From the NCBI RefSeq assembly GCF_009914755.1, contig NC_060938.1: a stretch of 64,000 nt of DNA; one strand, 5' to 3'. The notes below the pieces were generated by a model, which searched no databases, was not told the origin of the DNA, and saw only the letters and a list, made by a program, of their open reading frames with translations. This stretch comes from the human T2T-CHM13v2.0 reference genome, Homo sapiens. Shown piece after piece: positions 54,743 through 64,000 of this stretch (position 1 is the first letter of the stretch; every line of letters starts with the position of its first letter). Made by a program: the position numbers and the translations under genes.

Positions 54743-55097
54743 TGTATTAGTCTCTTTTTACACTGCTGATAACGACATACCCAAGACTGGGAAGAAAAAG
54801 AGGTTTAATTGGACTGACAGTTCCACATGGCTGGGGAGGCCTCCAAATCATGGCAGGAGGCAAAAGGCACTTCTTACATGGTGGCAGCAAGATAAAAAGA
54901 GGAAGAAGCAAAAGCAGAAACCCTTGATAAACCCATCAGATCTCGTGAGAGTTATTCACTATCAAGAGAATATCACAGGAAAGACCAGCCTCCATGATTC
55001 AATTACCTCCCCCCGAGGTTCCACCCACAACAGATGGGAATTCTGGGAGATACAATTCAAGTTGAGATTTTGGTGGGGACATACACAAACCATATCA
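54743..55097 (-). mobile_element. THE1C solo LTR inserted in a MIR
   Basis: tgtattagtc...aaaccatatca. Confidence 0.85.
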
Positions 55098-56740
55098 AGG
55101 GTAACCTGTTCATGGCCACCCAGGTTGTAAAGACAGAAGTCATCGTTATGAGTCTTTCTCCAGCCACTGGCTCACTCTCTCACCTTGTTCTCACTATGTT
55201 TATGGAGGCCAAATAAAAGGGGCAACTTCAACTAACAGGCTAGAATGTCACTGGCCCTGTATTCTACAATATGAGATGGGCTAACCCATTTAGTCAATGT
55301 GCACTTGGTGGAAATTTACCTGTCTATAAGTTTGTTTCTTCCAATAGACTTAGCTCTTTCATGGTAAGGAAAATAGTTAAGCCATGCTTCTATTTCTAGA
55401 ACCTAGCTGGGACATGGAACTTAGCTGGCTCTCTGATATAGGCACCATGACATATGAGATGGTGGTTGCATAAATAATTAGCAGGGTCTCTAAACTCTAA
55501 ATAATCTTCCCTTGCCTAGGCCAGTTCTATACCTCTAGGGCAGCCCTCAAAGCATGTCCAAGGTCATGTAGCTATTCAGTGGCAAAGGCAATATTCAAAT
55601 TCTGTTCATTCCACTTCACATATCACTGCCTGGCATATCTGTATTATATACAAACCAATGTGATAGCCTGAACCACCCAATGTGCATTGATTGTGCACTT
55701 GCTGTATGTCAGTGAACAGTGTCCTAGACTGGAGAAAAGGTTCCCTTACTGACAACTAGAGGACCAGTATCCTAGCGTGGAAACAAGTTGACGGTTTCAA
55801 CCAAGATGCTGTATTGGGGTGAATGCTGACTGCAAAATGCCAGCAGTGCACCAAATGAGGAAGATATGATATCATATGAACAAGGCCCTAAGGGAGGATG
55901 GTACTCCCCATCGTAAGCTGGTGTGACCCTTTGATGGTGTGTGGCCTGCAATGACTTGGTGCTGGAAACTCTGTATTTGCAAGGCCCAGAGAATGGGAAA
56001 GAAATTGATGCCTCAAGAGATGTTTCTAGGAGTACCCAAAAGCCCGCAAGTCCTAAGCTGAGTCCTGTGCACACTAAGGCTTGGTTTAGAAACAGAAAGA
56101 ATACACTGCATAGCCCACTACTCAGAAACACTTAGAGAGACACGGTACAGAAGGACACATGCAGAGTGTTCACCGCTGGGGGCACTGGGAACAGCTTCCA
56201 GAGAAAGGTAACTGGAGTTGGATTTTAATGAGGGAATGAAATGCAGAGATGGAGGAAGGCCTTCCAAGTAGGGGGTCACTGCATGAGCAAAGATGTGATT
56301 TGTTCTAGGAAAACAAGTCTAGTCTCAGAAAACCTTGCTGAGCACCTGTCAATGCGAGACCTGTGTGAGGCTTGGAGGAGACAAGGAGGGGAGCAGTTCC
56401 AGCCTGTCCGGTCCTCCAAAATCTCCCAGTTCACTGGGCCAGGTAACGAGCTCCTCTCACATGACAGGATTAAGGCATATGGTTAAACAGACAAGTGAGA
56501 ACCTGTAGGTGGAGCAAGATGAGAGTGTGAGGTCTTGAAGACCAAGTTTAGGATAATGATCTATATCAGGGCATCCTTCAGAGCTAGCAAAGTTACGCAA
56601 TCACCCTATTCCCTAATTGAAAACAAAGGCAAACAACAATATGTATTTCCAAAGAAAAAACTTCTAAACAAATATATTGGGGAGACGGGATGCCAAGGAG
56701 CAAAGTTTGAAATAACCATTTGCTGCCCTCTTTGAATGAC

Positions 56741-57019
56741 CTCAGATTTTTAAAATTCATTATCTTCCCTCTAAGGACATTGAACAGATGAAGTCAGCAG
56801 GGTGTCTCAGGGCGATTAGCACAATCTACTGAACCAAATTGTGTTTTGTGTTCAGAAGATCAGCTCTTCCGGAGAAACTCCTTTGACAAGCTGTCATGAA
56901 CATCCATGTGGAGTTGAGAGAGCTTGGGGGAAAGAACAACACGTACACAGGGTATTTTATTTGGGGATTGTCAGGTTTCAATCAAATGCTGCATCTTCAC
57001 CTGTGATTGATTTTCCTCT
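56741..57019 (-). pseudogene. FERM module 2, F1 exon remnant
   Basis: tcttcaaacAG acceptor. Reads IKYPVYVLFF/KLSQLHMDVHDSLSKEFLRKS*..TQFG..ETPC*LHLFNVLRGKIMNFKNL. The phase-2 end joins the next exon. Confidence 0.6.
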
Positions 57020-57412
57020 CTGTTTGAAGACAGAGATTTAAATCAAATGAGGGTATCATACTCCCTCACTTTCCTGCGCCATCTCAGCTGCCAAATGTGC
57101 GTCTCCTGCCTTGGAGCCTCCCTCTGAGCTCTGCACCTGATGCTTACCCTCTTCCCTTCTGGAGGCTGGTGTGCTCCTTACATCAGCAGTTCCAACTGGG
57201 AGCTGTCACCTCCCGTGGCCTCTGTCCCCTGTGGTTTGTGACTCTGCAGAGGATACCCATCCATCATGGCTCAGGATAGAAAGTCGGGCCTTTCTTCTGT
57301 CTCCTGCATTCCTAGCATCCTAAAGATTTTATCTCTACACTTTTCTTAACTCTAGTCCTTTCCCACTCCACTCCAACTACTGTTCACTCTCTTATCACCT
57401 CCCAGCGGCTCT

Positions 57413-57927
57413 TTTAAAAAAATAAATTTAAGGGGTGCAGGTGCAGTTTTGTTACATGGATATATTGCATGGTGGTGAAGTCCAAATTTTTAGGGTGTTC
57501 ATTACCCCAGTAATGTACATTGTGCCCATTAAGTAATATCTCATCCCCTATCCTCCTCCCCCATGCCACCTTCTGAGTCTCCAATGTCTATCCTTCTACA
57601 CTCCATGTGTACACATTATTTAGCTCCCACTTTTAAGTGAGAACCTGCAGTATTTGACTTTCTGTTTCTAAGTTGTGTCACTTAGGATAGTGGCCTCCAG
57701 TTCCACCCATGTTGCTGATATGATTTCTTTCTTTTTAATAGCTGTATAGTATTCTATTGAATACACGCATACACACACACACACACCCCCCACACACACA
57801 TATATATATACCACATTTTCTTTATCCAGTCATCCATTTATGGATACTTAGGTCGATTCTATGAGATACCTGCCCTTGTATGGTTATTGCACCACTATTC
57901 ACAATAGCAAAGATGTAGAATCAATCC
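57413..57927 (-). mobile_element. L1PB3/4 3' end with short 5' inversion
   Basis: 16-bp TSD with 3 mismatches (57401-57416 / 57926-57941). Confidence 0.85.
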
Positions 57928-57944
57928 TAGCAGTTCTTTTATTC

Positions 57945-58500
57945 TCCAATAAAGTCCTCTCAAACTCACTCTTCCTGAGATATGTATTTTCAATGCACAT
58001 CTGATTCTATGGCCCTTTCTCCCTGCTTAGAGCTCTGCTAGGGTCACCCTGCACCAGTCCCATTCCTTAGCAAAATTTAGAAAGTCCTTCCCCACTTTGA
58101 CCATGCCTTTCTCTGTGTCCTTGTCTCTTTCAACTTCAGCAACACCGAACAGCTTTCATCCCTCAGCTCAGACTGTACACCAGGCAGACTCGCACCTTTA
58201 CCTCCTTAATTCATTCATGTCCTTGATGACTCATATCAGGTTTCAGCTCCTTCAGAGACTGCAGATTCCTCAAACCCCATCCCCATTCCAGGGGTTGGGG
58301 GCAGTCCCATTTCCCCATGGCTACAGCTTCCCTGGCTCTGCACTTCACTTTTGCACTCACCAAGTCTTGCATAAAATATCAGTTGGGTTTCTCTATCACC
58401 CATTGGACTGTGGACCCTTTGGGCTCAATCTCTGTCTACCCCAGCACCAACTTCAGTTCATGGTACTGTCAGTGTTGAAAAAGTGTCCAATAAATAAATA
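57945..58500 (+). mobile_element. L2 fragment
   Basis: Degenerate L2 3' end. Confidence 0.55.
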
Positions 58501-58734
58501 ATTAATTAATTTTCTCCCTCAACAACAAACTGCACTCATAGCTCCAGAGTCTTACAACTGGAGGAAAACTTCCCCCACCCCCACTTCACAGATGTAGAAA
58601 CTGAGACCCAGAGAGGGGAAAGCTGTGTAGTGCCAAGCCAAGCCTGCATGAGCCCAGGACCCCAACACTGGTGCAGAACGCCTCTCCTAGCAACAGCACT
58701 CCTTTCCCTCCCGCTCTTCTCTGTTGATACTCAC

Positions 58735-58808
58735 CCCGTCCAACCGGAAGTAGTGCTCATAAAACCCTAGCTTACTCTCAATCAGCTTCATTTGTACCAA
58801 GAATCGAC
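58735..58808 (-). pseudogene. FERM module 1, F2-end exon (74 nt, open)
   Basis: ttttatctgAG / GGG|GTGAGT, phase 1 to 0. Reads (G)RFLVQMKLIESKLGFYEHYFRLDG. Phases match both neighbouring exons. Confidence 0.65.
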
Positions 58809-59831
58809 CTCAGATAAAAGCAGAAACTTGGCTTATTGAGCTTGAAACTACAGTCAGAAAATGTCTACAGCTTTTTGAGACCCTTGCTGTCAGTGACTTC
58901 CAGAAGCCAGGACGTTAATTTGAAGCCCACTCAACTCTAAAACCTCATTCCACCCATTCTTATCAAATTCCAATTCTGTTACCTATGGGGGCAGAATTTG
59001 ACTTACCCACTAGACTATAGGATCCTGGGGATCCCGTTTATCTACCTATCACCACCCCCCTACCTCGAGGCAAAAACCAAGCATACAGTAGGTACTCAGG
59101 AAATAGTGGATGAAAGAATTTAGTTCTGACCCTAAGAACAGAGGCAGATTAATGCCTCTAGCAGGCAGGAAGCACCAACCATGCAGCGCTTGGGTGCCTG
59201 CCACTGGCTAAGCCTTTAAATTCCATCTCATTTACTCCTCACCATCATCACAGGAAGGAGTCGCTGTTCCCATTTTAGAACTACAGAGACTGAGGCTGAA
59301 GGAGGCTGTGTAACCTGCCTAAGACCACCCAGCCATGATCATCAGAGAAAGAATTCAAGCTGAGATCTACTTGACCCCAAACCCTAAATTCTTACCCACC
59401 ATGTGCTGATATAGTTACAGGTAAACCTGTGCTCCCTTTGCCCACGATTTGTCATTTCCAGGTGTCTCCTGGAGGAATGAGACCACATCATATTCAACCT
59501 CATGAGCTTATTTCTGTCAATCTGTGATTTAAAAAAATAAACCAAAAAACCCTGGAAGACAAGAAAGAGACATACCTGAAGCCAATGTGTGAGTTACCCA
59601 AGAGGGCAAGGGAGTTGAAGCCCAGGGATGGTGGCTGCAGAGATTTGGATTCCACTTGATTAAGACAAGTTCTTTTTCTCTTATTCTGTTTTTTTTTTTT
59701 TCCTTTTGTCGTGGCTGCACTATTGGCTTGTGCTGTCTAAAGAGAAAATAGTTAATTGGTTTATTTAGCCAACTATAGATGTATTCAGTATTATTCTTCA
59801 TCGTGTGAATTATATTAAATAGTTTATTTAC

Positions 59832-60019
59832 CCCCATGCAATCCATTCAGTTCATTTAATTTAATTTCATAGTTATAATATGGGGAACAAACTAACTAGA
59901 TTTTTCCCTTTGGGATGGAAATGGGCAAATATTTTGGTTCTGAATTAACAAGCAGCAAAGCTGATATTTATAATAAATCATCCATTGTTAGCCATCCTGA
60001 TAATTATTCTGTGAATGGT
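59832..60019 (-). pseudogene. FERM module 1, F2 exon remnant
   Basis: gtctgttttAG / G|GTAAAT. Reads TIHRII/SGWLTMDDLL*ISALLLVNSEPKYLP...LNELNGLHG and ends in phase 1. Confidence 0.6.
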
Positions 60020-60944
60020 CTAAAACAGACATGGGCATGTAATAGACACATTGTTGGCTTTTACTGCAGTTTAGTTCTTTGTGTTAATGAACAATCTAAA
60101 CTGAAAACTCAGAGATGATTCCAGAGCAAATAGGTTTGTTTCACAGACATGAATTGAACACCTACTCTGCTCCTGGCAAGGTGAAACAGCCACAAACACA
60201 TCACACCAACCCCTGCTGAAAACGTGTCTGCGTTTCCTGTCTCCAACAGGAAGATGTCCCAGTCCCTGCAGGACCTCCCCTGACTTGGCCCCACTGGCTT
60301 CTCACTCTCAACTCCTCCCCCTTCCTTCCTGCTCCCCACTTGCCCCCAACTTGCTATAAGCTTTTGCAATGCTAAACCACGTGTAGTTGCATAAACATGC
60401 CAAGCAGCACAGTGATTATAGGTCTTTGCCTCCTCTGTCCCCTCTCCCTCCTTCTTCCAGCTCTCCCTGGTGAACTCTGACTCATTATTCAAGACTCAGT
60501 TTACTTTGCACCCCCTTCTGGGCAGGCTGCCCTAAAACATCACTGGTAGAGTTGATACCATCCTCCGTCGTGGGGTCCATTAAGTATGGCAAGCATCACA
60601 CCCTAATGCAAGTGGCCTTATTGCCCACGCTAAGTGTGTGGCTTTGGCCATCCCCAGATCAGGGAATGAGCCTTCCCCTACCTCATACTCGCTCGCTCGC
60701 CTGCAACTCTCACATCCCTGAAATTGGGCTGATAATAATACCTTCCTCGTAGAGTTGTTTGTTTTGAGGATTAATTGAGGTTACAGTGTGTGAAGGACTA
60801 AATGGCAATGTGTGTAATAATAAACCTCCAATAAATATTAATTATCACTATCTGTTTATATATGACACTGAGTTATGAATTGCTGGAGAATCAAGACTTT
60901 GTCCTTTTTTTAATCTCGGGATTCCCAGTGAATAGCACAATGCT

Positions 60945-61134
60945 TTGAAGATATTTTTTTCTTCCATAAATGCATATTTCATGATTTATGAAGAAGGTTA
61001 GAGAATTTCAGATGACAAATAAGGTGCAGCTGGTCAATGGAAAAGGGGAGGAGAAAAGGAAGAAAAGCTTTGTTATTTGAGGAGCACCAAAAATTGCAGA
61101 AAAGAGCTCCTTGACTTTTGGTAGATTCTGGAAC
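60945..61134 (-). pseudogene. FERM module 1, F1/F2 junction exon remnant
   Basis: Acceptor cctctccgacAG with branch cctaat. Reads ...QLHLICHLKFSNLLHKS*NMHLWKKKYLQ. Donor not preserved. Confidence 0.45.
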
Positions 61135-62089
61135 CTGTCGGAGAGGACTGGCCAGGAATTAGGAAAATGGGTTGATTAGGGGAGCATAGGGAAAGCCTGC
61201 TGCCTGCAACTTATATCAGTCAGGAAGCTTTTGAGCAGACGTGCAAATTCCCACTGGAAAAAAAGTGCAAATCCCTGGAGTTACACAGTCTTTTAATCCC
61301 TCATCGTCTAATACTCTCCTGAGCAGTCCTTTTCAGGAAAAGGAGCAGACTCCTAAGACAGAGTCTAGGAGATGTTTTCTTTGAATGAGGGGAGCAGATC
61401 CAGAAAGAAAGGAAATTCAAAGCCTGATAGCTCTGTGTCTGCATCTCAGCTCTGTCTGTTACAAGGTGTGTCATCTGGGGCTGTTCACCACCTTCCCTGG
61501 GCTAATCCCTCACCTGTGAAATGGGGAGGGCAGCAGGAATGTGAAGGTGAGGAGGAGTGGATGGTGGGAAAGAGTCCTGGAGGGAAGAAGAGAATAAGCA
61601 GAAATGGCCGGGGTAGGGGGTGTGGTTCTTCCACCCTGGCCCTGCACACACAGTGCTGCGATACTGGCTCTCCAGGCATCACACTTAGAGCTGCATATCA
61701 ATTAGTCACAGGCCTTAAAGCTGAATGTAATTAATTCTATAATGCACTGCTGTTCCTGCTACATTCCAGTAAAATCACATCATGAAATTGGGGCATGATG
61801 AAGGATTTCTCACAAAGGGAAGGCAAATCTGAGTCAACCCTCCATACGTCCTTCATGTCAGGGTGGGATCCAGGACTGTCGAGCCAAGTGCCGGCCTGTG
61901 GGTGTCCTGCTGTGTGCACGAGAAAACAGGGCATCCTTAGCCACATCCCCACACCCCACTGTTCCCAGAGAATGCACACAGGGCAGAGGAAAAAAAATGG
62001 TAAGAGGCCAATGAGTGCCTAACAACTTGTCCCATTCCTCCTCAAAGTCCCATCCAATTATTTTTGCCTGCAGATATTGGGAAATATAA

Positions 62090-63120
<1,031 letters not shown>

Positions 63121-63214
63121 GAAGAAAATATAATTTCTAAGTTAGGCACATTGCTCCTTCCGATAATGTAGAGGTTATGTTAGTAAGAAGTGGCGAGTGG
63201 ATCTTGGGAGGAAA

Positions 63215-63620
63215 GAATTTTTTTTAGTACCTAATAATACAATTCCCGAAACATAGAAAACAAGAGCTCGGCAAAACCACCACAAAAAAGGGACAAATCC
63301 TCAACACAAGCAAGAATCTCTAACACACTTGGCTCAGAAAATGACAGAACCGTCATAACACAAGTAAAACATATGATAGGACTGAATATCACTATTGAGA
63401 CGCTGATGTACAGCGCATATACCAGGATGTGCAGGTAGTGTAACTGATAGATGCAGGAATGTGTACTATATGCTCTTTTTAAGTATGCATGGAAGAGTTA
63501 TAGAAATTGATCCTGTACTAAGTCTAATCCTCCTCCCTCCTCCCAAAACGGGCATCATACAAACCATGGTCACAGCACAACTAGAAATCAACGACAACAA
63601 AATAACCAAAAAGCAAGGAA
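63215..63620 (+). mobile_element. Ancient L1 ORF2 endonuclease-region fragment
   Basis: Collinear with recalled L1 (cctaataa..gacaaatcc..catggaa..aattga..aactagaaatcaa). Confidence 0.6.
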
Positions 63621-63844
63621 ACTGCTATTGAGTGAGAAAATGCTGTGTCTGCAAGCACCAGAGGAGGATAAAGGGTGGTGGGGAACTGGGACTGCAACAG
63701 CAGCCTGTGCCCACCACCCCACATCATCTGTCTCAAGTCAAGTTTCATTCTCTGACCACCTCTGGGTTTCTATTTGGGGTTAGTTCTTGTTTTTATAAAT
63801 GACAAAGGAGGATGTGCATGTAACAATTCCAGCTGGCTAAATCT

Positions 63845-64000
63845 TTTTGTTTTTTTTTTAGTTTTTAAGTTTATTTTTTAATTTTTATTTTTTGTGGGTA
63901 CATAGTAGGTATATATATTTATGGGATACATGAGATGTTTTGATACAGGCATGCAATGTGAAATAAGCAGTATCCATCCCATCAAGCATTTCTCCTTTGT
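63845..64000 (-). mobile_element. L1MA1/2 3' end
   Basis: gtgggtacatagtagg...gatacaggcatgcaatgtg. Confidence 0.85.

Noticed and set aside
63121-63625. Possible viral, NUMT or foreign insert
   Set aside because: Collinear with the L1 ORF2 endonuclease region on close reading.

Overview
Primate, most likely human, genomic DNA, dense in Alu, L1, L2, MIR, MaLR/ERV LTR and Tigger/MER elements. I found no intact protein-coding gene, RNA gene or CRISPR array, and most ORF-track entries are repeat or low-complexity artefacts. The main signal lies in the unique sequence between the repeats. On the minus strand, about 30 exon-like blocks from ~61.8 kb down to ~2.7 kb are often bounded by AG/GT splice signals, several of them phase-compatible. 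With stops and frameshifts, they translate into FERM-domain motifs in the correct F1-F2-F3 order, repeated about 8-9 times. I read this as a decayed, intron-containing (unitary) pseudogene of a large tandem multi-FERM protein. The FERM call is manual motif matching and needs HMM confirmation. The window also holds several fossil templated insertions and template switches, and two L1 5' inversions that break at nearly the same L1 position. Repeat subfamily names come from memory of consensus sequences, and many repeat boundaries are approximate.
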